From the NCBI GenBank assembly GCA_008080735.1, contig SHMW01000038.1, forward strand, positions 1 through 37,866: a stretch of 37,866 nt of DNA, read 5' to 3'. The translations under genes and the position numbers were made by a program. Below the pieces are notes generated by a model that ran no database searches, was not told where the DNA came from, and saw only the letters and a list, made by a program, of their open reading frames with translations. Numbering within the stretch: the stretch's first letter is position 1; each line of letters begins with the position of its first letter. Below are positions 18,942-28,181 of this stretch, one piece after another. The DNA is from Promethearchaeota archaeon. Its GTDB lineage: Archaea; Asgardarchaeota; Lokiarchaeia; Sigyniarchaeales; SOKP01.

Positions 18942-19814
18942 TTAATATTCTCCGTCAAATCCGGGGAATTCTTCTCGTGGAATTAATTTTAACGCATCAT
19001 TATTACAAGCATGACGGCACACTCCACAGCCAAAACATTTATCATAATCAATAATGACTCTGTCCATGGAAGGAATATAGCGAATCGCATTAAATTGACA
19101 CATCGCAACACATTGTTTACAGCCTTGGCATTTGTCTTGATCCAAATCAATAATATATTCTGCCTTGTAGAATGCTTTTAAGTCAAAATTGGTCCGAAGC
19201 GTAAGACCTCCGCATTCAGGACTCTCACAAGAGCAGATTGCATTAATATATGGAACGGGTTGAAACCATACAGATGCGATATATCCTTTTTTATTATTCT
19301 GTTCTAAAATTTCAATAGCTTCTTCCCTACTGATGGGATTTGTTCGCTCTTTGGGCATAAATCGGGGCATTTTTTCAAGAACACCAGATAATGCACCGAA
19401 ATTCAGACAGACTGCTTCTTTTTCACCTCGCTGCATCCACCTACACATACAATAATTACACAAAATAGGTTCTGCTGCGAGCTCGGAAAGAATTGCTTTT
19501 CCGTCCTCTAAGGGTATTGCTTGACCAAAATGACCATCCGCTCGTTGTGCATTCCTTCCCTCCTTTTCACTATGGATCATATTTTCGGCTTTCCAGCGTA
19601 GTAACCGCCCTATAATTGGCATTTGAAGTTTATATCCTAAATTTTTTGAAGAGAAACCCATAATTTTTCTGATAAAAACTGTTTCAAAATTCATCCATTG
19701 CTCTTCGAGATAATTCTTAAAATCCTCCTCATCTCCAAGCTGATCGGCTTGATAATTCTTCGCGTTCATATACCATTTCTTCCCAGCGCCGTGCTTTAAG
19801 CACCATTGACACAT
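18942..19814 (-). CDS. Multi-cluster 4Fe-4S binding protein
   Basis: N-terminal CQWC-x-x-HG, central CMC...C...ICSC...C, and C-terminal CQGCKQCVAMC and CFGCGVCRHAC. Confidence 0.85.
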   Translation of the reverse strand: MCQWCLKHGAGKKWYMNAKNYQADQLGDEEDFKNYLEEQWMNFETVFIRKIMGFSSKNLGYKLQMPIIGRLLRWKAENMIHSEKEGRNAQRADGHFGQAIPLEDGKAILSELAAEPILCNYCMCRWMQRGEKEAVCLNFGALSGVLEKMPRFMPKERTNPISREEAIEILEQNNKKGYIASVWFQPVPYINAICSCESPECGGLTLRTNFDLKAFYKAEYIIDLDQDKCQGCKQCVAMCQFNAIRYIPSMDRVIIDYDKCFGCGVCRHACNNDALKLIPREEFPGFDGEY

Positions 19815-20143
19815 AATCTCAATATCTCCTAATTTTTCTAAAAATAGTCTTGTATGTAATAGTGTTTGTAGTGAAAGTATTTAAAATTTAAAGCTTTTTG
19901 AGATAACTTCGAATATTAAAAGGTGAAAAAAATGAGGTAAAAGTTATTTCACTAAGAACAGTCAGATGAGGGAAAATGATTCTGATTTCATATAGTATTA
20001 TCTTGGTAAGCGAAGAACCTTAGAGAATGTAATGATTAATGCTCCTCTCATGTCAAAATTTGGTCTATATGCATTTAAATAAGGTAAATAGATCAAGAGC
20101 GTTAACATACAATTTAAAAAAAACCTAATTATGTGAATATACT

Positions 20144-23100
20144 GTGAAAAAATTATCAAGAGCGAAATCCGATAATATAGTTCTATTACTGGTGCTTCTA
20201 TTAATTTTTAGCGGATTTTCATATTTTACGTTAATTTCTAAAAATACAGTCCCGCCGAGAACCCCAATAGAAGATACTCCCGATGTGATAATAGATGAAA
20301 GAGATCCCCCTAAAACATCACAAACAGTGGTAGAATTTGATGAAGCGAATAGGACTATTATTCAAGGGATAGAGGAGAATGAATGGAATGAAGATCTCAT
20401 CAAATCTTATGATGATAGCTATGACAGTATACAATTTGCTTATAGTAGTGACATATTTTTCTGGTTTGAAGATACTGCTAACCCTAAAACAGTTACACAA
20501 TATTCATACCGTTGGGGAAGTACTGATGGTGGATTGTGGGATTTTACTGACGCTTACAAGGATGATGATGGAAAATATTTATATCTTGAAACACAACGGG
20601 GACATGGATTCCCAGGAACAATCTCTCTGAAATGGGGAGAATATAACGACTTCGCAGACTTTTGTGCATGGAATGTATACGCAATTTGGGTTAAATTCGA
20701 AATCTGGCCCGATACTAGCTCTCTAGATGGATTTGATGGTTCTAGTGACCTTAAATTAAGGGTTTATGCGGATGATGGTTCATACCAAGAAAAATTGATC
20801 GCTGCATCCCCCGTTGATGAACATCATTATGTTCAATTATGGAATATTCAAGGAGGACCGGTATTCGATCGCGTTAAAGCGGGAGGATATATTAAATACG
20901 CCCGAGTATCAATGTACGTAGATGAGGAGATATTTACATGGTGTTGGATAAATATTGATTATCTAGATATTTACTATTGGTATCGGAGATTCAATTTAGA
21001 AGTTGATTATGAGCTAGATTATGGAAGCCTCGGACTTGAAACAGTTGATAAGTTCGACTTGAAGATAAAAATGAACGAGACAAAACCGGGAACACAACTC
21101 TATCTATGGGATTATAATAATGAACAATGGGATTATATCCGCAACCTTGAAACATCAAACTCAACCATGATAATCCCAATACTTACAGATGGTGATAATT
21201 ATACGAGTGCTTCTAAAAAAATTAAAATACGCTTTCAAAACCTGAATTATCTCCCTTTTACTGATCCTTTGGAATGTGAATTAAAAATAGATATGATAAA
21301 ATTGGAATTATACCCACCAGAGACCCCCATGAATTTTATAGCAGAGAATGCAATGCAACAAGTCAGATTAACCTGGGATCCGCCAGCTTCCAATGGTCCG
21401 CCAATAGACCACTATAACGTGTACCGTGGAGAAACGCCTGGAGGAGGTAAAACTCTCATAGCAACGCCCAATACCACTAGTTATGATGATTATGGAATAA
21501 ATATCGGAAAAAGATATTATTATACGGTAAGTGCCACCAATTTCGCAGGTACAAGTGGAAACTCAACAGAAGATTCTGGATTGGGATTTGATGAACCTTT
21601 TATATCTTGGGTCACACCTCATGAGAATGAACAACTTGTCCTTCCTTTCATTGATCAATTTGCAACCTATACCACTTTCGGTTTTGAATATGAATGGACT
21701 GAATTAGATGATGCGATTTTAGAACTTGATTATGGAGTATTCCAGAAGAATTATACAGTGTGGGAAAACAACTCGATTGATATTGAATTTGATGATTATT
21801 ACGACGGCGCTGTAAATGCAACATTATATGGATTTAACCAAACTAAGGTAGTAGCTACAGATATCAGACATTTGAATTTTGTAAGAATTGACCTTGAAGC
21901 AATTGAAAACATTAATTCCAGCACAGAAGTATTAGGTGACCAGTTATATTTAATCCTTCACGACCCTAACGGAGATAATAGTTATTCTAGCTTTTCTCAA
22001 ACTACTCGAATATCAATGGGCGTGGGTTGCGAAATAACTACAGAAACTGGTATGAACGTGGAAATGGGTGACTATGGAGGACTTTTTGGAGTTGAAGTAG
22101 GCGCTTCCTTATTATTAGAACGCAAAGAAACATCAATAGAAGGATTTGATTTTCGATATGAAGTATCCGATACTATCATGCTGACTTCAAGTCAAGTGGA
22201 TGATAATGCAGACTATATTGGTCCCGGCTACGGAGATACTTATTGGGGTGAAGCATGGATTTTTAAATGGGTTCTAAATGCCACACGTAGACATTATACC
22301 AATGGAACTGAACGTTGGGAAGATCCTCAATTCTACTATGGAATAATTAGAGATCTACAAACGATTGTCAATCATGCAGATGCTCCTCTGGAATGGAGAA
22401 TCCAAAATGCAGTATTTAATGAGTCCTTACCCATTAGTTATATTATCCCTTTCGCTGAGAGTGGAGGGCAACCCTATACTTATGAGCATGAAGTTAGTAC
22501 AACTATAACAAGATCAAAGAGCTTTGAAGTTGATTTTGGAGTGGAGGCCAATACAAAAATTCCTGGTCTACGGACACAAAATACTTTTCAAATTAATACC
22601 AGAAATTACGCTGAAACCGAATCAGGGCATTCTCATACGGTTTCCTATGAAATTTATGATAATGATCCCGATGATTTCCTTGTTATGGAAATAGGGATAG
22701 ATCATAGATTTGGTACCTTTATTTTTAATACCTCATCATTTTTCTGTGAAACCTCCAATCCATACGAACATAATACCTATGATTATTTACCTCCTGTGAT
22801 TGAATTCCCCGAGATAGATTTGGATTCTGATGGTGATTCGTTTGCTCCCTCTCCAGAGGATTCTCCAATAGTGACTACAGAAATTTTTGAAGAGGACGAC
22901 ATACAACTAGCGGTGATATGGTATTCTACAAATAATGGTTCTTCTTGGCAAGTGGCATATCTTACAGAACTAATTGGAGATCCAGACAAATGGCGTGGTA
23001 GCATTCCGGCACAACCAAGTGATACTAAGATCCTGTGGTATATCGAAGCATGGGATCAGCACGGTAATAACGCAACACGATTCAATGAGATATTGGAACC

Positions 23101-23245
23101 GTATGAATACACAGTAAAATCAAAACCCCCTCCCGAAATACCAAATATTCCGGGATTTCCAATGATTCTAATGAGTTTAGTTTGTTTGATTTCGCTCGCA
23201 GCTGTGGTAGTTGTATTTCAGAAAAGGTTTAATAAAAATATTTAA
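20144..23245 (+). CDS. Large exported surface glycoprotein with FN3 domain and C-terminal IPGF-TM-basic anchor (PGF/Loki-CTERM-like)
   Basis: N-terminal hydrophobic signal segment; FN3 (VRLTWDPP...YNVYRG...YYYTVSA-x-N-x-AG) at about 21314-21566; many N-x-S/T sequons; C-terminus IPGFP+TM+KRFNKNI. Confidence 0.85.
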   Translation: MKKLSRAKSDNIVLLLVLLLIFSGFSYFTLISKNTVPPRTPIEDTPDVIIDERDPPKTSQTVVEFDEANRTIIQGIEENEWNEDLIKSYDDSYDSIQFAYSSDIFFWFEDTANPKTVTQYSYRWGSTDGGLWDFTDAYKDDDGKYLYLETQRGHGFPGTISLKWGEYNDFADFCAWNVYAIWVKFEIWPDTSSLDGFDGSSDLKLRVYADDGSYQEKLIAASPVDEHHYVQLWNIQGGPVFDRVKAGGYIKYARVSMYVDEEIFTWCWINIDYLDIYYWYRRFNLEVDYELDYGSLGLETVDKFDLKIKMNETKPGTQLYLWDYNNEQWDYIRNLETSNSTMIIPILTDGDNYTSASKKIKIRFQNLNYLPFTDPLECELKIDMIKLELYPPETPMNFIAENAMQQVRLTWDPPASNGPPIDHYNVYRGETPGGGKTLIATPNTTSYDDYGINIGKRYYYTVSATNFAGTSGNSTEDSGLGFDEPFISWVTPHENEQLVLPFIDQFATYTTFGFEYEWTELDDAILELDYGVFQKNYTVWENNSIDIEFDDYYDGAVNATLYGFNQTKVVATDIRHLNFVRIDLEAIENINSSTEVLGDQLYLILHDPNGDNSYSSFSQTTRISMGVGCEITTETGMNVEMGDYGGLFGVEVGASLLLERKETSIEGFDFRYEVSDTIMLTSSQVDDNADYIGPGYGDTYWGEAWIFKWVLNATRRHYTNGTERWEDPQFYYGIIRDLQTIVNHADAPLEWRIQNAVFNESLPISYIIPFAESGGQPYTYEHEVSTTITRSKSFEVDFGVEANTKIPGLRTQNTFQINTRNYAETESGHSHTVSYEIYDNDPDDFLVMEIGIDHRFGTFIFNTSSFFCETSNPYEHNTYDYLPPVIEFPEIDLDSDGDSFAPSPEDSPIVTTEIFEEDDIQLAVIWYSTNNGSSWQVAYLTELIGDPDKWRGSIPAQPSDTKILWYIEAWDQHGNNATRFNEILEPYEYTVKSKPPPEIPNIPGFPMILMSLVCLISLAAVVVVFQKRFNKNI

Positions 23246-23377
23246 CTTTTCTTTTTTTTCCTTATTAGATTTGTACAATGGATTTTCATTGAAGAGTTAT
23301 ACTCTTCTCTGCTGAAAAGAGAATAATATATTTTCTGATTGGGATTAATTTTTCACTCTTGTAAGTTTTAAGACCTA

Positions 23378-23917
23378 TTATGTTAAAAAGGAAGAGATTT
23401 TTTTAGCTGATTCATCGATTCCCTTTTTATCTGTTTTTATGATAAGATCAGGCTCCTTTGGTTCTTCATATTCTGCTTGAATGCCCGGAACATTGTCAGC
23501 TTTTCCCTCCAGGGCTTTTTTATAAATATTTTCAGGTGCTCCCTTAGTGTCTGCTCGTTTCATCTCTCTCTTCATAGCGACCTTTAAGGGACATTTTAAA
23601 TATACCTCGTAATAATTAGGAATTATTTCTCGTGCTAATGCTCGATATTTTCGGCGATTACCTGTGGCGTCCATTATCACATTAATACCGTTTTCAACTA
23701 ATAATTTTGCAATATACGAAAAAGCGTTATAGACCATTTGTCTTTCTTCATCAGTATATTTAGGCTCTGGAGTAATGTAACTTCGCAATTCATCCGTCTT
23801 GAGAATTTGGGATTCAATACCCTTCTCATGTAATTGTGTCTGTAAGGCTTTAGCAATAACAGATTTACCTGCTCCGGGGAGTCCTGTTAACCAAACCGCA
23901 AAAAAGTTGTTTTTCAT
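23378..23917 (-). CDS. Adenylyl-sulfate kinase-like P-loop kinase
   Basis: VWLTGLPGAGKS, EVYLKCPL, IYKKAL-x-G-x-x-x-NVPGI-x-x-x-YEEP-x-x-PDL; TDELR replaces the usual DGD-x-x-R. Confidence 0.75.
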   Translation of the reverse strand: MKNNFFAVWLTGLPGAGKSVIAKALQTQLHEKGIESQILKTDELRSYITPEPKYTDEERQMVYNAFSYIAKLLVENGINVIMDATGNRRKYRALAREIIPNYYEVYLKCPLKVAMKREMKRADTKGAPENIYKKALEGKADNVPGIQAEYEEPKEPDLIIKTDKKGIDESAKKISSFLT

Positions 23918-23923
23918 TAAAAA

Positions 23924-25015
23924 TCACTTAAAATATCGCTTTAAGTCTTTAATTGATATTTTTTCTGTAGAGAGAATCCCATGAATAAACTTGAAAATTT
24001 TCCTTCTTATAGTAGAATCCAAATCGGGATACCATATAGGAGATCCGATTACTAATCCTCTCCACGCATAAAAAGGAGCAGCTAGAGTTAGGATTTGTTT
24101 ATCGCTTGTATTCTCTAAATATGTATTCCAGAATATCTTAAAAAGTTCGAAAAACTCATTCATAAGCTTACCTTCTGTTTGCAATGAATAGAATAGATAA
24201 TTTATACTCAACGCGGTCACATCATCAGCTGCTTCTCCCCATTCACCCCTACTTCGGTCAATCACCGAAAAATCGAGACCTTCCCGAAAAAGGATATTCC
24301 ATGGATGAAAATCCCCGTGAACTTGACATAATCGCCCTTTTTTGTTTTTTATCTTGTATCTCCAATCAACACATTTTTTTTCAATCGATTTAAGTTCTTC
24401 TTGAGTGGGAAAATCCAAGTTATTTGGGTAGCTATCAGTCAATCCCATAATACACTCCCCATGCCCTAGCAACTCTCTGATTCTTCTCTTGTATAGCGCA
24501 TCAGTATCCTCTTTCTTAGTATGTATTGTAGCTAAATAGTCCGCCAAAGTGTTGGCTCTTTCCTTATCTAAAAGGGAAATTGATTCAGTTTCTACAATCT
24601 TTTCCAAATCCGCAAAATAAAGCGTTCCATCGATCTTTTCTCTTACTAAAAACAGTTCTTTACAATCTCCCGCCGATTTGAACTCATCGTTGGTAGTAAA
24701 TGAGCCTACATCGATTGATTTTGCATGTGCTGGCAATTTATTATAAGATGAATGGGCCAACAATAATGATTTCGCCCGATCATAGAAGAACTGATGTCCG
24801 AACTCATTTTTATTCATAGTAGACATTATATAACTTTTTTTGTCTTCGTTTGCAATGAATTCTATGAGCAAATTTTTTCCATAACCAAATTCCTTTAAAT
24901 CCTCATCGGAAGCTTTACTTTTGTCTATTGGACCAATATATTGAATAGTGATTTTTGTGTCTAAGACTTCTTCTAAATAGGTTTGTATTTTAACTCTAAA
25001 ATCGGTTTCCGGCAT
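23924..25015 (-). CDS. APH/choline kinase-like phosphotransferase
   Basis: Brenner motif HGDFHPWNIL, then ID-RSRG and G-x-x-x-DD; LA-x-IH. Confidence 0.85.
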   Translation of the reverse strand: MPETDFRVKIQTYLEEVLDTKITIQYIGPIDKSKASDEDLKEFGYGKNLLIEFIANEDKKSYIMSTMNKNEFGHQFFYDRAKSLLLAHSSYNKLPAHAKSIDVGSFTTNDEFKSAGDCKELFLVREKIDGTLYFADLEKIVETESISLLDKERANTLADYLATIHTKKEDTDALYKRRIRELLGHGECIMGLTDSYPNNLDFPTQEELKSIEKKCVDWRYKIKNKKGRLCQVHGDFHPWNILFREGLDFSVIDRSRGEWGEAADDVTALSINYLFYSLQTEGKLMNEFFELFKIFWNTYLENTSDKQILTLAAPFYAWRGLVIGSPIWYPDLDSTIRRKIFKFIHGILSTEKISIKDLKRYFK

Positions 25016-25204
25016 TTGTACTCCTCTTATATAAACTTCTCAAATTAGAAGGTTTTAGTTAAATAGCATTTCAGAAAATTACAGAATTTTATTTAAGCGT
25101 TTTGCTTAAGAATTATTAGACATATTACCAATAACAAGATGGACAAAAGTAAATAAGTTATAAACTGAATTTTTTTAAAATCATACAAACTTTCAAAAAT
25201 TGTC

Positions 25205-25549
25205 ATGAAGTCAAAATTCATCGAAGATTATCAGTTCGGAAGAATAGAGATTAAAAAAAATACCTATACTAATGATGTCATTCTTCTTGGAAAAGAGGTC
25301 TTGCCTGAATGGTGGAGGGAAAGAGGGCATAGTCTAACCAAGAAAGATTTGGAAAAGGTTATAAATTATAATCCAGATGTACTTATCGTGGGTACCGGGA
25401 ATTCTGGAAGAATGACCGTTCCGAGAGACTTGCCAAAGAAATTGGATTTTAAAGTGAAATCATATCCCACCAAGACCGCAGTAAAGGAATATAATAAAAG
25501 ACTTGAGAATGGAAAAAAAATAGCCGGTGCTTTTCATCTGACGTGTTGA
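25205..25549 (+). CDS. Mth938-like domain protein (DUF498; AAMDC/NDUFAF3 family)
   Basis: FG-x-I-x-I, WWR-x-x-GH, LIVGTG-x-x-G, T-x-x-AV-x-x-YN and C-terminal FHLTC. Confidence 0.92.
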   Translation: MKSKFIEDYQFGRIEIKKNTYTNDVILLGKEVLPEWWRERGHSLTKKDLEKVINYNPDVLIVGTGNSGRMTVPRDLPKKLDFKVKSYPTKTAVKEYNKRLENGKKIAGAFHLTC

Positions 25550-25579
25550 TTTCTGTCTCTCTTATTTCCTAATATCTCA

Positions 25580-27175
25580 TTAAAAAGCTACCACTTGACC
25601 GTCTTTCCTGGTCTCTGAGGCAGCTATATAACCATTCTGTAACTTACAAATGATTTGGGCTCCCCCAAAACTTAAGTAATGGCCTTTGGAAATATGATGT
25701 CCTTTTTTGTTCAGTTTTTCTAAAGTTTGTTTTGCAAAGCCATTCTCCATACTTATATTCATTCCACTCATATATCTCCAGCGTGGGGCGTCAATCGCTG
25801 CTTGTGGATTTTCTTTGTAATCAAACATGCGAATGATCATCTGGACATGTCCTTGAGGTTGCATAGCACCTCCCATCACTCCAAAACTCACTAAGGGTTT
25901 TCCATCTTTGGTAACAAATGCGGGAATGATGGTATGGTATGGCCGTTTATTTGGACCCACCTGATTCGGATGTCCTTTTTCTAAGGTAAAACAATTCCCT
26001 CTATTCTGAAGGCTAATTCCAGTATTTGGAATAACAATTCCAGAACCGAAGCCGAAGTAATTTGATTGGATGTAGGATACCATCATTCCATTCTTATCTG
26101 CAGCGGTTAAATATACTGTGTCTGATTTGTCACTAGGGTGCCCCGGTCTAAATGACTTGGCCGTTTCCAAATCAATTAAATTCGCTCGCTCTTTGAGATA
26201 ATCCTCTTTTAACAAACCTGAAGGGGGGATTTCTAAACTTTCGGGGTCCGAAATATATCGATGAGCGTCCGCAAATCCCAATTTCATAGCCTCAATTTGA
26301 AAATGAAGAGATTCATGTGAATTTTTCTTATAGTTTTCTAATCCAAATTCTCTTAAAATTCCCAATGTGATTAACGCTGTGAGACCTTGCCCATTTGGAG
26401 GTAATTCATGTAATCTAATTCCGTTATAATTTATATGTAGCGGGTCTTGCCAAAGAACTTTATGATTCTTTAAATCCTTAATCAAGATGTTTCCACCAGT
26501 TTCTTTCGCATACTCTACAATTTTTTCCGCTAATTCACCGTTGTAAAAAGATGCTCCTTTTGTCTGGGCAATTTTTTGTAAGGATTTGGCTTGTTCAGGA
26601 GATTTGAATAATTCACTCGCTTTTGGACTTTTTCCGTTTGGTAAGAATACTCTATGGAATTCTGGAAATCGCTTTTTTTTATATACTCTGCTTGCATTTT
26701 TCCATATATCCGCAATAATAGGAGGAACTAAGAAGCCTTTTCTCGCATAATTTAGAGCGGGTTCAAATAATTGCTCAAATTCTAATTTCCCGAACTTTTT
26801 CCATAGTTCGACCCACGCGGATACTGCCCCTGGAATAGTCACGGTATCCCATCCTAAAAACGGCATCTTTTTGTATTGAGAAAAATATTCTTCAGTCCAA
26901 TGTGATGGAGATTTTCCACTTGCATTAAGACCGTGTAATTTCTTTCCATCCCAAACTATCGCAAACGCATCTGATCCCAGACCGTTGTTGACGGGTTCTA
27001 CAACAGTCAGCGTTATCGCAGTACAAACTGCGGCATCTACCGCATTTCCACCTAATAATAACATTTTAAGACCTGCTTGAGCTGCTAAAGGATGAGAGGT
27101 AGAGACCATATTCTCTCCCAATACAGGCATCCGTTTGGATTGATAAGGAAAATTCCATCTAAATTTTGGGTACAT
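25580..27175 (-). CDS. ggt: Gamma-glutamyltransferase family Ntn-hydrolase (YwrD/HpxW-like)
   Basis: GGNAVDAA, GLGSDAFA, PPNGQG, nucleophile Thr in SDTVY, LQNRG, KRPYHTI and GVMGG-x-MQPQGH. Confidence 0.9.
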   Translation of the reverse strand: MYPKFRWNFPYQSKRMPVLGENMVSTSHPLAAQAGLKMLLLGGNAVDAAVCTAITLTVVEPVNNGLGSDAFAIVWDGKKLHGLNASGKSPSHWTEEYFSQYKKMPFLGWDTVTIPGAVSAWVELWKKFGKLEFEQLFEPALNYARKGFLVPPIIADIWKNASRVYKKKRFPEFHRVFLPNGKSPKASELFKSPEQAKSLQKIAQTKGASFYNGELAEKIVEYAKETGGNILIKDLKNHKVLWQDPLHINYNGIRLHELPPNGQGLTALITLGILREFGLENYKKNSHESLHFQIEAMKLGFADAHRYISDPESLEIPPSGLLKEDYLKERANLIDLETAKSFRPGHPSDKSDTVYLTAADKNGMMVSYIQSNYFGFGSGIVIPNTGISLQNRGNCFTLEKGHPNQVGPNKRPYHTIIPAFVTKDGKPLVSFGVMGGAMQPQGHVQMIIRMFDYKENPQAAIDAPRWRYMSGMNISMENGFAKQTLEKLNKKGHHISKGHYLSFGGAQIICKLQNGYIAASETRKDGQVVAF

Positions 27176-27257
27176 TCTTAAACCTAATAAATTGATATTT
27201 GTATAAAATTAGGAGTATTAAGATTAAAATCTTATATATGGATAAATTATGGTCAAT

Positions 27258-28178
27258 TTAGGAAAGTTGCGTTCTTAATTCTTCTGACATTCCAGATCCC
27301 ACATTTCCATTGGTTTTATCTTCCATTATAACCATTTGTTCAAATAATTCAGTATACCCATCTTCATAATCCCGTGCGAATCTCATAAAGCTATTGTTAG
27401 ATATACGCTTAGCCAATACATTATATCTATTGTTGTTTTTATCGATTAGTGTATATTCAGTAATTATCGGACTATTAAACGCATCATTACCATATGTTGG
27501 GCTGACTTCCACTTCTTCGAGAGGGGTTGTTTCATTTCCATCCCAAATATATCCCGAAACTTCCACTCCATCGTTTCGATAATCTTTTCGAAACCCCGAT
27601 GCCCAGTTCTTGAATTGGAAATGTCCAGCATACCATTTTTCAAATCCGTGCCAATCTCTATATCCCCAACTCTTATCGCGTTGTCCATACCCGTTTAATT
27701 GGATTTTTCTCCCACTTTTTTTTGTCAAAGTTCCTGTGACTATACCGGAAGATTCAAAATGTCGATGCCAAGAAGCCGAAGAATCTTTTCCGAAATAATA
27801 GATTGGATGTCGATTTGAAAAGGTTAGTTCGAATGTATACTTTCGTGAAACATATTTGATTTTCCACTCTTCTAATGGTTTGATTATTTGATAAGTCAGT
27901 TTCTTGTCTGAAAGCATCTCATCAATATCATTTTGGATATATTCAGTAAGCTCTGGTTCACGATAATAAACATCTCGCTTATTATCTCTAAAAAGAATAA
28001 AGACAAATTCTCTTTTATGTTCATTAGGAACAATTCCTAACGTTGTAAAGCCCGATATCTTATTTTCTGAATCTATCCAATTAAAATAATACGATTCTCT
28101 CCATTTTTCTCTCTCATCAGGTTTATGAAGATAGTCATCAGAGAGATTTACGTTCTCTATTCGCTTTCTTTCACCCAT
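27258..28178 (-). CDS. Beta-rich tocopherol cyclase/CrtC/AttH-like hypothetical protein
   Basis: H...WRESYYFNW, PL-x-x-W-x-I, HFE-x-x-G-x-V-x-G and G-x-GQRDKSWG-x-R-x-W, typical of double beta-barrel cyclase/hydratase-like proteins. Confidence 0.6.
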   Translation of the reverse strand: MGERKRIENVNLSDDYLHKPDEREKWRESYYFNWIDSENKISGFTTLGIVPNEHKREFVFILFRDNKRDVYYREPELTEYIQNDIDEMLSDKKLTYQIIKPLEEWKIKYVSRKYTFELTFSNRHPIYYFGKDSSASWHRHFESSGIVTGTLTKKSGRKIQLNGYGQRDKSWGYRDWHGFEKWYAGHFQFKNWASGFRKDYRNDGVEVSGYIWDGNETTPLEEVEVSPTYGNDAFNSPIITEYTLIDKNNNRYNVLAKRISNNSFMRFARDYEDGYTELFEQMVIMEDKTNGNVGSGMSEELRTQLS

Positions 28179-28181
28179 TTT

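Noticed and set aside
23378-23917. Calling this gene cysC of sulfate assimilation
   Set aside because: Key APS-kinase motifs are divergent and the context is an APH-type kinase rather than sat/cysDN.
3782-25549. Selenocysteine read-through at TGA stops (3782, 15985, 25547)
   Set aside because: Each protein looks complete at the TGA (e.g. the family-typical HLTC end). The downstream frame either stops quickly or runs into an opposite-strand gene, and I recognised no SECIS.
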